Source: Dehalococcoidia bacterium (lineage in GTDB: Bacteria > Chloroflexota > Dehalococcoidia > Plut-88900). Taken from it: a DNA stretch of 64,000 nucleotides. The translations under genes were made by a program, and so were the position numbers. Positions 47,822-58,547 of this stretch are shown piece after piece (the stretch's first letter is position 1; each line of letters begins with the position of its first letter). The notes below the pieces were generated by a model that made no database searches, was not told where the DNA came from, and saw nothing but the letters and a program-made list of their open reading frames with translations. The DNA lies in assembly GCA_963668115.1 (NCBI GenBank), contig OY764147.1, positions 2,317,761 through 2,381,760 of the forward strand. Reading direction: 5' to 3'.

Positions 47822-48475
47822 ATGACCACCCCCGACACCCGAGACGTCGAAGAACGCTACCAGCGCTTCGCCGCCACCTACGACAACGCCATGAGCTGGC
47901 TGGACGGCGTCCGGGACGCCTCCTTCGAACACCTCGCCCTTAAGCCTGGGGAATCGGTGCTCGACCTCGGGTGCGGCACCGGCATCAGCTTCGAACGGCT
48001 TCACCGGGACGTGGGCCCGGAGGGTCGCATCATCGGCTTGGAGCTAAGCTCCGAGATGCTGGAGTTAGCCCGGCAAAGGGTCGAGCTCAACGGCTGGGAC
48101 AACGTTACCCTCATCGAGGGTGATGCCAGCACCGTCGACATCCCCGGCCCCGTCGACGCCGTACTTGCCTTCTTCGTGCCCGAGATTCTCTATTTGCCCC
48201 CCGCCGTTCGCCGCGCCCTGGACTCGCTATCGCCCGGCGGCAGACTTGTGGCCTCCGGCGTGAAGCACGCCCGCGGGCCTTTGGGCCCCATCTTCAATAT
48301 CTATTTTCAAGCGAGATGGAGGACCTGGCGATGGGTGGGCATGAAGCGCGTCGTCAAGAGGATGTTCGGCAGGGGCCAGCCGTATGACACCCTGCAAGCC
48401 GCCGCCTCCAACCTGGAGCTATGGGACTATTTTTACGGCTGTGTCTACGTAGCACGGGCAACGAGGGACGGCTAG
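47822..48475 (+). CDS. class I SAM-dependent methyltransferase
   Basis: Motif I VLDLGCGTG, with the acidic and post-II motifs. Confidence 0.8.
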   Translation: MTTPDTRDVEERYQRFAATYDNAMSWLDGVRDASFEHLALKPGESVLDLGCGTGISFERLHRDVGPEGRIIGLELSSEMLELARQRVELNGWDNVTLIEGDASTVDIPGPVDAVLAFFVPEILYLPPAVRRALDSLSPGGRLVASGVKHARGPLGPIFNIYFQARWRTWRWVGMKRVVKRMFGRGQPYDTLQAAASNLELWDYFYGCVYVARATRDG

Positions 48476-48482
48476 CCTACCC

Positions 48483-49136
48483 ATGAACGCCTACGACCCC
48501 CAGGTCCAAAGGGACCGTTACCGACTCCACGCCGCCGACTACGACAAGGGCAAGCGCTTCTCCGACCGCATCCGACCCCACGCCATCCGACGTCTGGACC
48601 TGAAACCCGGAGAGACGGTCCTTGACCTGGGCTGCGGCACGGGCCTCAGCTTCGACATGCTCCAGCAGGGTGTCGGGCCTGAGGGCCGGATCATCGGCGT
48701 GGAGCTCAGCCCGGACATGCTGGACATCGCCCGTCAGAAAGTCGAGCGCAACGGCTGGGATAACGTCACCCTGATACAGGGCGACGCCCGGGAGGTGGAT
48801 ATCCCCGGTCCCCTGGATGCCGTCCTGGCCTACTTCGTGCCCGAAGTCCTAATCTCGCCGCCCGCCGTGACCCGGGTGATCGACGCTATGGCGCCCGGGG
48901 GCCGGCTGGTCAACGGGGGAGTCAAGCATGCCCAAGGTCTCCTCGGCCCGCTCTTCAACCTCTTTTTCCAGGTGCGGTTCAGGACGTGGCGATGGGTCGG
49001 GGTGAGGGGCTCGATGAGCAGGGTATTCGCCAAGGGCCAGCCCTATGATGAGCTGGAAAGGGCAGTCCCCGGACTGGAGCGAGAGGACTACATGCTCGGG
49101 TGTGCGTACATAGCTCGGGCGGAGAAGGTCGGGTAG
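48483..49136 (+). CDS. class I SAM-dependent methyltransferase (tandem paralogue, about 60% identical by eye)
   Basis: Same motifs. Nearly collinear with the upstream gene. Confidence 0.8.
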   Translation: MNAYDPQVQRDRYRLHAADYDKGKRFSDRIRPHAIRRLDLKPGETVLDLGCGTGLSFDMLQQGVGPEGRIIGVELSPDMLDIARQKVERNGWDNVTLIQGDAREVDIPGPLDAVLAYFVPEVLISPPAVTRVIDAMAPGGRLVNGGVKHAQGLLGPLFNLFFQVRFRTWRWVGVRGSMSRVFAKGQPYDELERAVPGLEREDYMLGCAYIARAEKVG

Positions 49137-49141
49137 AGGGT

Positions 49142-49525
49142 CTACACCCGGAACCCGAGCGCCCTCGCAACCTCTCCCTGCCGACGGTCCAGGGTTACGA
49201 ATGTCAACTCTTCGGGAAACGGCGTCAAATACAGAGCTGTAGCCAGGTGCCATAAGTCAGCGCCCTTTACGTAGCCAGCTTCTACCACCTTTGAGATTTC
49301 CAGGGTTAACGGACGGTCAGGGAACAGCCAACTGATATCGGTCAGGAGGTCGGGATCAAAGGCTTCAGCATTCCTTGAATATGCAGCTCGTACTTCTGCT
49401 TCCAATAGGTTCGAAGACCAGACCTCTGAAAACTCGGACAGGCGACGTGATAATCCCAGAGCTCCAAATTCGTCAAATGCGATCGCTATGATCGCAGACG
49501 AGTCGACGTAGGCAATGGCCATCAA
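49142..49525 (-). CDS. vapC: type II toxin, PIN-domain VapC
   Basis: N-terminal AYVDSSAIIAIA (Asp). 127 aa. Overlaps the upstream antitoxin by 4 bp. Confidence 0.75.
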   Translation of the reverse strand: MMAIAYVDSSAIIAIAFDEFGALGLSRRLSEFSEVWSSNLLEAEVRAAYSRNAEAFDPDLLTDISWLFPDRPLTLEISKVVEAGYVKGADLWHLATALYLTPFPEELTFVTLDRRQGEVARALGFRV

Positions 49526-49794
49526 TCACGCTCAGCCAGAAACCTCTCTAAAGCGCCGGGCACAGGCTTCCCTACCTTAAACGTTTTCCACGGTCCCTTC
49601 GCGCGGACGACGACCCCTCGCAACTCTAAATCGCGAATCCTCTCTTCCAAGGTCTGTGCCGGCGTTTCAACCGGCCGGATCTCCGCAACCGGCTCTCCTC
49701 GGTAAGACACAGTTACCGTTTTCCCCTCCCTTACTTGGCGCAGCACCTCGGAGAATTTGGCTTTGGCTTCGTAGGTTGTATATGTGATTCCCAT
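49522..49794 (-). CDS. type II antitoxin, Phd/YefM family
   Basis: 90 aa. N-terminal ITYTTYEAKAKFSEVLRQVREGKTVTVSYRGEPVAEI is the Phd/YefM fold signature. Confidence 0.7.
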   Translation of the reverse strand: MGITYTTYEAKAKFSEVLRQVREGKTVTVSYRGEPVAEIRPVETPAQTLEERIRDLELRGVVVRAKGPWKTFKVGKPVPGALERFLAERD

Positions 49795-49833
49795 AAGAAG
49801 AGTATAACTGGTCAGACTAGTCTATTCAATCGA

Positions 49834-51045
49834 CTATTGGGGCTGGCTCCCCCGCACCACCACCCCACCCCCCTCCAACTCCCCTATCTGCTTCTCCGAA
49901 TACCCTATTTCCTTCAACACCTGCTCCGTGTGCTCCCCCAGCCCCGGGGCCCGGGCGCCGATCTCTCCAGGTCTTCCACTCAACCTGACGGGGGCGTTTA
50001 TCATCCGCGTCCGTCCGACTCCCGGATAATCGACCTCAGCCAGAAACTCGTTTGCCTGAATCTGCGGACTATCGAATACGTCGTTGGCGCCCAAGACAGG
50101 CGCACATGGAACATCGTGCTCCTCCAGGACTTTCAGCCATTCGCTCAGCGGTCTCGTCGAAAACACCCCCGACAGTACCTGGAATAGCACCTCTCCGTGT
50201 TGAATGCGGCCCAGGGGCGTCGCAAAACGGCTGTCTTCAAGCACATCCAATATTTCCAGCGCTTCGCAGAGGCCCTGGAACTCCTTGTCGCTGATGACTA
50301 CGATGTTGACCCATTCGCCGTCCGAGCACCGGTAGGGTAGATAGAGTGGCTGGTTGGCGTAGTCCTCCCCCGACTCCCCACCCGACCCCACCTCCGAATC
50401 CGCCCTTACCAGGTCAACTGCTTGCATGGCCATGGACATCTGCAAAAGCGACGTGCCCACCTCCTGCCCCTCACCCGTCTTATCTCTGTGCATTAACGCC
50501 AGTGCAATCCCGTAGCACATCGCCCATGGCGCCGACATGTCCGCCGCCCAGATTCCTGCATTCCGCGGTATACCCTCGGGCCCCGACTTTCTCATCATCC
50601 CCGAAAGCGCCTGGAATATCCGGTCGTAGCCCCGCTTTTCGGCGTAGGGGCCCTTCTCACCGTACGCCCCGACCCTTGCGTAGACCAGCCCTTTGTTGAC
50701 CGCCCGCAGGCTCTCGTAGTCGTAGCCGAGACGTCGGGCTACGGGAGGGCGGAAGTTTGTTATCAATACGTCCGACCGTTCGACCAGGGCATAGACTATC
50801 TCCTTGCCCTCAGTCTTGGCGATGTCGACTGCCATCCCCTTCTTTCCCCGCGATGCGACCAGCCACGACCTGCTCAAGCCGTTGGGCAACGGCGGGCTGC
50901 TGAAGGTGCGTCGGGCCTGGTCTCCCCATGGAGGCTCGACCTTTATCACGTCAGCGCCTTGGTCGGCCAGATACGCCCCGATGAGGGGCGCCGCCCACAT
51001 CGAGGCGATGTCCAGGACCTTAATTCCTTCTAAGACGCCTGGCAT
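49834..51045 (-). CDS. CoA-transferase family III (CaiB/BaiF) protein
   Basis: N-terminal LEGIKVLDIASMWAAPLIGAYLADQGADVIKVEPPWGD. About 400 aa. Confidence 0.85.
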   Translation of the reverse strand: MPGVLEGIKVLDIASMWAAPLIGAYLADQGADVIKVEPPWGDQARRTFSSPPLPNGLSRSWLVASRGKKGMAVDIAKTEGKEIVYALVERSDVLITNFRPPVARRLGYDYESLRAVNKGLVYARVGAYGEKGPYAEKRGYDRIFQALSGMMRKSGPEGIPRNAGIWAADMSAPWAMCYGIALALMHRDKTGEGQEVGTSLLQMSMAMQAVDLVRADSEVGSGGESGEDYANQPLYLPYRCSDGEWVNIVVISDKEFQGLCEALEILDVLEDSRFATPLGRIQHGEVLFQVLSGVFSTRPLSEWLKVLEEHDVPCAPVLGANDVFDSPQIQANEFLAEVDYPGVGRTRMINAPVRLSGRPGEIGARAPGLGEHTEQVLKEIGYSEKQIGELEGGGVVVRGSQPQ

Positions 51046-51048
51046 AGG

Positions 51049-52623
51049 TTACTCCATGTTGTTGTACACGTAGAACGGTTTGTCCTGCCCCGGGTCCCAG
51101 GCCTCGTAGAAGCGCTGGATGTAAGGCTTCAACTCCTCCGCCGTCCGACGCCGCGCCCGGCTCTCTTCCGACAACGGCTGGGCAAGTTCCGCCTTCAGGT
51201 TCTCAAGCATCCGCTCTTCGTCCACACTAGCCACCCGACCCCCCTCCACCATCACCCGGCCTCCAATCATCACCGTATCTACATCCGTGGCCCTGGCCTT
51301 GTAGATCAGGGCGTCCACTATAGGCGCCTCGGGGTCCAGGTAGGGTTCGGTAATGGCATCCAGCTTGATAGTTATCAGGTCGGCCTTCTTGCCCGGTTCC
51401 AGCGACCCAACGTCCCCAAACATCGTAGCTTTCGCGCCACCGACAGTAGCCATGCTGACTATCTTGTCGGCGGTCAGGGTGGGGGAGTTGACCCCGGGGT
51501 TCCTGTGCAGCCGGTGGGCCAGCCTCATCTCCTGCAAAAAGTCCTCGTCCTCGTTGATCGACGTGCTGTCCGTGCCCAGGGCCAGGTTTAGCCCCCGAGC
51601 CGCCATCTCCGCCACTGGGGCGATGCCAGTTCTCAGCCTCAGATTGGAGCTCGGGTTCGTGCAGACGTGGACGCCCCGCTGCTTGACCAGGTCCATGTCC
51701 GCTGCCGTCAGCCACACAGCGTGGGCCAGCGACACGTCGGGCCCGAGGAAGCCCAGGTCGTCCAGGTGGGCCAACGCCGTCTTCCCGTACAGCTTCAGCC
51801 CTATGAGCTTTTCATAGACGCTTTCCACTAAGTGAATGTGCAGCCCCGTGCCTAACTTGGATGCCGATGCCCTCATCCTCTCCAGCAATGCATCCGAGCA
51901 CCAGTGGGCATTGGCGGGCGAGAGCATCACCTTAACGAATTCACCGTCGTGGTCCGATGCATGTAGAGATTCGGAAAGGGCTATGTAGTCATCGTCGCTG
52001 ATATATTCGTCGTCCAATACCTCCTTGGCCCGGGCCGCGAGGTCTGACGGCAGCCGGCCCAGGAACACCGATTCATCCTCGGCGACGATCCGGTACTGGG
52101 TCTCCGCGTAGACCGAGAAATTAACCCTCATTCCCGCATCCGCGAAGGCGGTCAGCGCTTTCTTGCAGTCCTCGGATAGGTCCGCCGCCGACCCTGGGCT
52201 CAGGTTGAACATCACCGTGGTCACCCCCGACCGCAGCATCTTTATGCAGGCGTAAAGCGTGTCCAGGTACATGTCCACGGGTTTGCGGCCCCAGGAGTCG
52301 GCCATCCAGTACTCCAGGTGGTCGTCCAGGCTGCCCTTCATCAGGGGGCTGACACCCTTGCCGTGATGGTGGGCGTTCACCAGCCCCGGCATGACCAGGA
52401 AGTCATCTCCGCCAAGCACGGGGACTTCCGGGTGCCGATCCTTTATCTCTCCGACCGGCCCCACATCCACCACCACCCCATCCCGCTCGTAGACAGCCCC
52501 ATTTTCCAGCACGTGCGTCTCGGTGCCCGAGGCCCTGGTTATGAGATACCTGCCGTGGACTATCGAAGAAGTCATGGAAGTTCCTCCTCCCGGTTCCCAC
52601 AAGGTGAGGGAAGCATAGCACAC
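51049..52623 (-). CDS. amidohydrolase-family protein (cytosine-deaminase/chlorohydrolase-like metal-dependent hydrolase)
   Basis: GLVNAHHHG metal-binding motif. 524 aa, with TIM-barrel amidohydrolase features. Confidence 0.7.
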   Translation of the reverse strand: MCYASLTLWEPGGGTSMTSSIVHGRYLITRASGTETHVLENGAVYERDGVVVDVGPVGEIKDRHPEVPVLGGDDFLVMPGLVNAHHHGKGVSPLMKGSLDDHLEYWMADSWGRKPVDMYLDTLYACIKMLRSGVTTVMFNLSPGSAADLSEDCKKALTAFADAGMRVNFSVYAETQYRIVAEDESVFLGRLPSDLAARAKEVLDDEYISDDDYIALSESLHASDHDGEFVKVMLSPANAHWCSDALLERMRASASKLGTGLHIHLVESVYEKLIGLKLYGKTALAHLDDLGFLGPDVSLAHAVWLTAADMDLVKQRGVHVCTNPSSNLRLRTGIAPVAEMAARGLNLALGTDSTSINEDEDFLQEMRLAHRLHRNPGVNSPTLTADKIVSMATVGGAKATMFGDVGSLEPGKKADLITIKLDAITEPYLDPEAPIVDALIYKARATDVDTVMIGGRVMVEGGRVASVDEERMLENLKAELAQPLSEESRARRRTAEELKPYIQRFYEAWDPGQDKPFYVYNNME

Positions 52624-52749
52624 GCTCCTCCGACTCTTTCTTCTTATCTTTCACAAACTTGACACCCTATCAACACCATACTTACCATTTCCTCCGGCGG
52701 ACTCGACTCTTACGTGTCGTAGGTCCGCTTTGTTAAAGGAGAACGTATC

Positions 52750-54384
52750 GTGGTTATTGCCACCGACGAACGAAAATTCAACGTCATACGCAGCTATGTC
52801 GATACCGAATCACCGGAGTTCCAGGAGAATAGGGCCCACCAGATCGGCTTGCTGGAACAGTTGAGGGATCGGCTGGAGATCGTAAAACAGGGCGGTCCCG
52901 AGGCCTCCGTCGCCCGGCATAAGGCCCGGGGCAAGATGACCGCCCGCGAGCGCATCGACAAGCTGTTGGACCATGACCGGCCCTTCTTGGAGCTCAGCGC
53001 ACTAGCTGCCTGGGAAATGTACGACGGACAGGCCCATTCCGCAGGCATCGTCACGGGCATAGGCGTGGTCAGCGGCCGCGAGTGCATGATTATGGCCAAC
53101 GACGCCACGGTGAAGGCCGGCGCCTACTACCCTCTCACCGTCAAGAAGCACCTCCGTGCCCAGGAAATCGCCCAGCAGAACCGGCTCCCGTGCATCTACC
53201 TCGTGGATTCCGCCGGCGCATTCCTTCCCCTTCAAGCCGACGTCTTCCCCGACAAGGAGCATTTCGGCCGGGTCTTCTACAACGAGTCGGTAATGTCGGC
53301 ACAGGGGATTGCCCAGATCGCAGTCGTGATGGGCTTCTGCACCGCCGGGGGTGCTTATGTACCTGCCATCGCCGATGAGTCGATTATCGTCAAGGGAACG
53401 GGGTCGATCTTCATCGGGGGCCCGGCTCTCGTGAAGGCTGCTACCGGTGAGGAAGTCACCGTTGAGGAACTCGGCGGCGCTGACGTTCACACCCGCATCT
53501 CCGGCGTCTCCGACCACTACGCCGCCAATGACGAGGAAGCCATCGCCATCACCCGCGAGATAGTCTCCGGCATCCCTATGAAGAAGGAACTCCCGTGGGA
53601 GCTCACCCCACCCCGCCCCCCGGCCTACGACCCCGAGGAGATATACGGACTCCTCCCGAAAGACCTCCGCACCATCATCGACACCCGGGAGGTCATCGCC
53701 CGCCTCGTCGACGGCTCCGAGTTTCAGGAGTTCAAAGCCCTCTACGGCGATTCGCTGGTCTGCGGATTTGGCCGGGTCATGGGCTACCCTATCGGCATCG
53801 TGGCCAACAACGGCATCCTCTTCTCGGAGTCCTCCCAGAAGGGCGCCCACTTCGTGGAGCTGTGCTGCCAGCGAAAGGTGCCCCTGCTCTTCATGCAGAA
53901 CATCACCGGTTTCATGGTGGGTAAGGAGTACGAGAACCGCGGCCTGGCCAAGGACGGGGCGAAGCTGGTCATGGCTGTGTCCAACGCCCAGGTACCCAAA
54001 TTCACCCTGATTTTCGGCGGGTCCTTCGGGGCTGGAAACTTCGGGATGTGCGGCCGGGCCTACAACTCCCGCCAACTCTGGATGTGGCCCAACGCCCGGA
54101 TCTCCGTGATGGGGGGTCGGGAGGCGGCAAACACCCTCCTTACCCTCCGCATGGACAACCTGAAGGTCAAGGGCGAGTCCATGACCGAGCAGGAGCAGGA
54201 CGACTTCAAGAACCCGATCCTGGAGCGCTACGAGACCGAGGGCAGCCCCTACTATTCGACGGCCCGACTCTGGGACGACGGCATCATCGACCCCGCCGAC
54301 ACCCGCATGGTTCTGGCTCTGGGCATCTCCGCTGCCCTCAATGCCCCCGTACCCGACACCCGCTTCGGCGTATTCCGAATGTGA
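52750..54384 (+). CDS. acyl-CoA carboxylase carboxyltransferase (beta) subunit, methylcrotonyl-CoA-carboxylase type; GTG start
   Basis: Carboxyltransferase domains (…GGAYVPA…; [19 protein letters not shown]). About 540 aa, typical of MccB/PccB. Confidence 0.8.
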   Translation: MVIATDERKFNVIRSYVDTESPEFQENRAHQIGLLEQLRDRLEIVKQGGPEASVARHKARGKMTARERIDKLLDHDRPFLELSALAAWEMYDGQAHSAGIVTGIGVVSGRECMIMANDATVKAGAYYPLTVKKHLRAQEIAQQNRLPCIYLVDSAGAFLPLQADVFPDKEHFGRVFYNESVMSAQGIAQIAVVMGFCTAGGAYVPAIADESIIVKGTGSIFIGGPALVKAATGEEVTVEELGGADVHTRISGVSDHYAANDEEAIAITREIVSGIPMKKELPWELTPPRPPAYDPEEIYGLLPKDLRTIIDTREVIARLVDGSEFQEFKALYGDSLVCGFGRVMGYPIGIVANNGILFSESSQKGAHFVELCCQRKVPLLFMQNITGFMVGKEYENRGLAKDGAKLVMAVSNAQVPKFTLIFGGSFGAGNFGMCGRAYNSRQLWMWPNARISVMGGREAANTLLTLRMDNLKVKGESMTEQEQDDFKNPILERYETEGSPYYSTARLWDDGIIDPADTRMVLALGISAALNAPVPDTRFGVFRM

Positions 54385-54407
54385 CCCCCTACCAGAAAGC
54401 AACTCCC

Positions 54408-56435
54408 ATGTTTGACAAGGTCCTCATAGCCAACCGGGGCGAGATTGCAGTCCGGGTGATGCGCACCTGCCGGGACATGGGCATCTCCACCGTCGCCGTT
54501 TATTCCGACGCCGACCGAGATGCCCTCCACGTCCGCTTCGCAGACGAGGCTGTCCACGTAGGCCCGGGGCCCGCCACCGACAGCTATCTCAACATCGATG
54601 CCGTGGTTTCGGCTGCCTTGAGCGTTGGGGCACAGGCCGTTCATCCGGGCTACGGGTTCCTATCCGAGAACCCCAATTTCGCCGAGGCCTGCGCCTCCGC
54701 CGGCATAGTCTTCATCGGCCCCTCCCCCAACATCCTTAGGTTGCTGGGTGACAAATCGGAGGCCAAGAAGCGCGCCCAGCAAGCGGGCGTTCCCGTGGTC
54801 CCCGGCTACTACGTCGAGGGCCTCAGCCCCGAGAAAGTCACCCAGAAGGCCGAGGAGATAGGCTATCCCGTCCTCATCAAGGCCGCTTTCGGTGGTGGAG
54901 GCCGCGGCATGCGTACAGTCTCCGAACCGGGGGAGCTGGAAGAGGCGATGGCCGGCGCCCGACGCGAGGCCCTCTCCTCCTTCGGCAACGACACCGTTAT
55001 CTTAGAGAAGCATGTCGTGCGGCCACGGCATATCGAGGTGCAGATTATCGGCGACACTCATGGCAACTTGCTGAGCCTCGGGGAGCGGGAGTGCTCCGTG
55101 CAGCGACGCTTCCAGAAGGTCATCGAGGAGACGCCTTCCGTGGCCGTGACGCCGAAGATCCGGAAGGGCCTGGAAAGCTCGGCTCTGGCCCTTGCCGCTG
55201 CCGTCAGCTACACCAACGCAGGCACCGTCGAGTTCCTGCTGGATGCCGACGGCAACTTCTACTTCCTTGAAGTCAACCCCCGACTCCAGGTGGAGCACCC
55301 GGTGACCGAGTGGGTCACGGGTCTAGACCTCGTAAGGCTCCAGCTTATAGCCGCCTCCGGGGAGAAACTGCCCATCAGCAAGTCGGATGTGAAGGCCCGA
55401 GGCCACTCCATCGAGGCACGGGTCTATGCCGAAGACCCTGGGGCGGGATATATGCCCGGCGCGGGTCCTCTTGTCCGATTCTCTCCGCCATCGCTGCCGT
55501 GGGTGCGCCACGACGTGGGCGTCTACGAGGGGTTCGAAGTGCCAGTCTTCTATGACTCCCTTCTCGCCAAGATCGCCGTCTATGGCGAGGACCGCCAACA
55601 GGCTGTCCGTCGCCTAAGGGACACCCTAGACGCATATGTGGTATCCGGGGTCCCGACCAACCTCCAGATGCTTCGAGTCATCGCCCAGGACCCGGACTTC
55701 GAGTCGGGCGCCATAGACACGGAGTACGTCGGGCGCAGTATCGAACCCGCCCTGGCCCCTGCGGGCGAGCTTCCCGTTCAGGCCCTGGCCTCGGCCATAG
55801 CCCACCGGTTGGTCACCTCGGGGCTGGCCGGTTACGAATCGATGCAGGACAATCGGGTGGCCGGCGATGTCTGGAGCAGAGCCGGGGCCTGGCGCATGGG
55901 TAGACAGGACATGCTGTACGCCTTCAGGCACTCCGGTGGAAACGTGACCGCCAACGTCTCCAGCAGGCCCGGCGCCCTCGCTTGGAAGGTACAGACCCCC
56001 GACACCTCCTTCGATCTCTCCCTCTCCCTCACCCCCGACGGGCGCACCATCGCCACCGTGGACGAGGAAACATGGGCCGTCGAGGTTGCTGCGACCGACG
56101 ATGGACTGCTAGTCCACTACAACAACGCCGACTATCTGCTGGCCACGCCCGACCAGATCTACACCGGGTCAGGGGGCGGACAGGCCGTGGGCCCCGGCGC
56201 GGAGACCGAGATCACCGCTCACCTGCCCGGAGTGGTCGCGCAGGTGAGGGTCAAGGAGGGCGACGAGGTGTCGGCGAGGCAGACCCTGGTGGTGCTGGAA
56301 GCCATGAAAATGGAGCACCACATCACCGCCCCTTACGACGGCGTCGTGGCCCGGGTCTCCTGCGAGGCCGGGATGCAGGTGATGAAGGGCGCATCCCTGC
56401 TGGAACTGGAGCCCGCCGGGGCTAGTGGGTCATAA
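54408..56435 (+). CDS. acyl-CoA carboxylase biotin-carboxylase/BCCP (alpha) subunit. Start is the ATG at 54408; the annotated ORF 54048 has a spurious N-terminal extension.
   Basis: MFDKVLIANRGEIAVRVMRTC biotin-carboxylase N-terminus, an ATP-grasp domain, and a C-terminal biotinyl motif EAMKMEH. Confidence 0.85.
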   Translation: MFDKVLIANRGEIAVRVMRTCRDMGISTVAVYSDADRDALHVRFADEAVHVGPGPATDSYLNIDAVVSAALSVGAQAVHPGYGFLSENPNFAEACASAGIVFIGPSPNILRLLGDKSEAKKRAQQAGVPVVPGYYVEGLSPEKVTQKAEEIGYPVLIKAAFGGGGRGMRTVSEPGELEEAMAGARREALSSFGNDTVILEKHVVRPRHIEVQIIGDTHGNLLSLGERECSVQRRFQKVIEETPSVAVTPKIRKGLESSALALAAAVSYTNAGTVEFLLDADGNFYFLEVNPRLQVEHPVTEWVTGLDLVRLQLIAASGEKLPISKSDVKARGHSIEARVYAEDPGAGYMPGAGPLVRFSPPSLPWVRHDVGVYEGFEVPVFYDSLLAKIAVYGEDRQQAVRRLRDTLDAYVVSGVPTNLQMLRVIAQDPDFESGAIDTEYVGRSIEPALAPAGELPVQALASAIAHRLVTSGLAGYESMQDNRVAGDVWSRAGAWRMGRQDMLYAFRHSGGNVTANVSSRPGALAWKVQTPDTSFDLSLSLTPDGRTIATVDEETWAVEVAATDDGLLVHYNNADYLLATPDQIYTGSGGGQAVGPGAETEITAHLPGVVAQVRVKEGDEVSARQTLVVLEAMKMEHHITAPYDGVVARVSCEAGMQVMKGASLLELEPAGASGS

Positions 56436-57234
56436 ATCCGCCGCCGTCCATGTTGATGGACTGGCCGTGGATCCAGGAAGCCGCCTTCGTGCACAGGTAG
56501 GCCACGAACTCTCCAACCTCTTCATCAGTACCGTTGCGGCGGATGGGTGTTTCCATGGCCATCCTGTCGAACCAGTCCCCGACCTTCAGGTGGTCCAGCC
56601 TTGAGGTGTCAACCCAGCCGGGGCAAACGCAGTTAACGTTGATGTTGAACTGGCCCAGCTCCCGGGCCAGCGTTTGAGTCATCCCCACCTGCGCGAAGTT
56701 TGCCGCACAGTAGGCCAGCGTGTCCTCCGACCCCGACTTCCCCGCCACCGACGCCACGTTGACCACCTTCCCGCCCTGGCCCTGGGCAATCAGCACCTTG
56801 GCTACGGCCTTCGTGCACAGGTAGGTGCCCCGGATCTTGATGTCCACCACCTTCTGGAAGATATCATCGTCCAGCTCGATGGTAGGGACGCGGTCCGGGC
56901 CCCGGGCGAAGGCTGCGTTGTTAATCAGGATGTCGACGCGGCCCAGTTCCCTGACGGTCTTCTCGATCATCTCCGCCACGTCGTCGGTGCTGGCCACGTC
57001 CACCACTAGGGGCAGAGCCCTCCGCCCGAGGGCGCGCACCTGTTCCGCCGTGCTCTCGATATCCTTCCACCCGACGGCCTTCTCCGAGTCAGGGTAACGG
57101 GACGGGTCCCGGCCTGTGCCCGTGGGCACCACGTCGGCACCCAATTCTGCAAGGGCCACGGCAGCCGCCCGACCTATGCCCCGCAGTCTCCCGGCCCCCG
57201 TGACTATCGCTACCTTGCCGTCAAGCTCACCCAC
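56422..57234 (-). CDS. SDR-family oxidoreductase
   Basis: TGAGRLRGIG Rossmann motif, the NNAA motif and YxxxK (YCAAK). Confidence 0.8.
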   Translation of the reverse strand: MGELDGKVAIVTGAGRLRGIGRAAAVALAELGADVVPTGTGRDPSRYPDSEKAVGWKDIESTAEQVRALGRRALPLVVDVASTDDVAEMIEKTVRELGRVDILINNAAFARGPDRVPTIELDDDIFQKVVDIKIRGTYLCTKAVAKVLIAQGQGGKVVNVASVAGKSGSEDTLAYCAANFAQVGMTQTLARELGQFNINVNCVCPGWVDTSRLDHLKVGDWFDRMAMETPIRRNGTDEEVGEFVAYLCTKAASWIHGQSINMDGGGFMTH

Positions 57235-57332
57235 TGTTTGCTCCTTCCATTGCCTGCATTGTTGCGGACCGTACCCTGCCTTGTCGCAATTCTACTACAT
57301 CACTTTTCAACCCCCGTGATAAGCTTGGCGCC

Positions 57333-58538
57333 ATGTTTGATGCTAGGGGCAGGCATTACGGATGGACGTTGGTCGGCATGTTTGCCGTCAATTACTCGAT
57401 GATAGTCATCGCCTTCGAGACCCTCGGGTTCCTGCTCCCAGGCATGGCCGAAGACCTGGACCTCTCCCTCACCGAGCAGGGCTGGCTCAGCGCCTCCATC
57501 ATGTTCACGAACCTCATCTTCGAGGTGCCCTCCAACTGGTTCTTCTCTCGCTTCCGGCCTTGGCGCTCCTCGGTTATCTCATTTGCCGCAGCGGCCATCT
57601 TCGTCGCTCTGAAGGGCTTCGCTCCAACTCTCCTTGTCCTGTTCGTAGCACGCATTGGCCTGGGGTTCATCTACCTGAGCACGCAGGCTTCCCGCACCAT
57701 ACTCCTGATCCACTGGATCCCGGGCCGGCAGGTCGGCAAGGCAAACGGGATCATGTTCAGCATCTTGGAGACCACTATCGGCTTCGGGTTTATGCTGATT
57801 CCCGCCATCCTCTGGCTCGCCGACGGCGACTGGCGAAGGACCCTCTACATCTGGGCCATAGTCAGCGCAGCCGGAGCATTCGTCTGGCTCCTCTGGGGCC
57901 GGGACAGGCCCAAAGAGGATCTGCCCCAATCCACTGAGACCTCGGGCGGCACGCCCATACGCGTCCTGTGGCGCTACAAGGTGCCCTGGATTCTAGGGTT
58001 CGGGGTGTCAGGCATCACCGGGGCCCGGTCGGCCTACGCAACCTTCTGGCCTCAATACCTGGACGACACCTATGGCACGGCCCTGGTTACCGTCGGCCTG
58101 ATTCTTGGCATAGCGGGCATGACCAAGGGCCCGATGATCCTCGGGGTCACACTGACATCCGCCATCGCCAACCGGACGCCATTCCTCCTGATGGCCTGCG
58201 GGGTCCTGATGTCGATCACGTCTTTCGGGATGATATTCACCGGGTCTGTGCCATTGCTGTTCCTGTTCGGCATCGTTAACGGTATGTGCATGTGCTTTAT
58301 ACCCGCCATGCTGACGATGATCTACAGGCTGCCCGGCATCCGGGAAAGGGAGGTGGCCGTAGCCGTGGCCGTTTACTTCAGCTGCCTTTGGACGGGCTCG
58401 GCCATGGGACCGATGGTCACCGGCTACATCGGAGACATTGCCGACCTGCGCACGGGCCTCTCGGTCGCCGCCTTCACCCCCCTGACCCTTTCTACGGCAG
58501 GGATTGTTCTGGCGTTGATTGGCCGGAAGGAACCTTAA
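57333..58538 (+). CDS. MFS transporter (paralogue 1 of 3)
   Basis: 12 predicted TM helices. About 400 aa. Confidence 0.65.
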   Translation: MFDARGRHYGWTLVGMFAVNYSMIVIAFETLGFLLPGMAEDLDLSLTEQGWLSASIMFTNLIFEVPSNWFFSRFRPWRSSVISFAAAAIFVALKGFAPTLLVLFVARIGLGFIYLSTQASRTILLIHWIPGRQVGKANGIMFSILETTIGFGFMLIPAILWLADGDWRRTLYIWAIVSAAGAFVWLLWGRDRPKEDLPQSTETSGGTPIRVLWRYKVPWILGFGVSGITGARSAYATFWPQYLDDTYGTALVTVGLILGIAGMTKGPMILGVTLTSAIANRTPFLLMACGVLMSITSFGMIFTGSVPLLFLFGIVNGMCMCFIPAMLTMIYRLPGIREREVAVAVAVYFSCLWTGSAMGPMVTGYIGDIADLRTGLSVAAFTPLTLSTAGIVLALIGRKEP

Positions 58539-58547
58539 CACTCTCCC

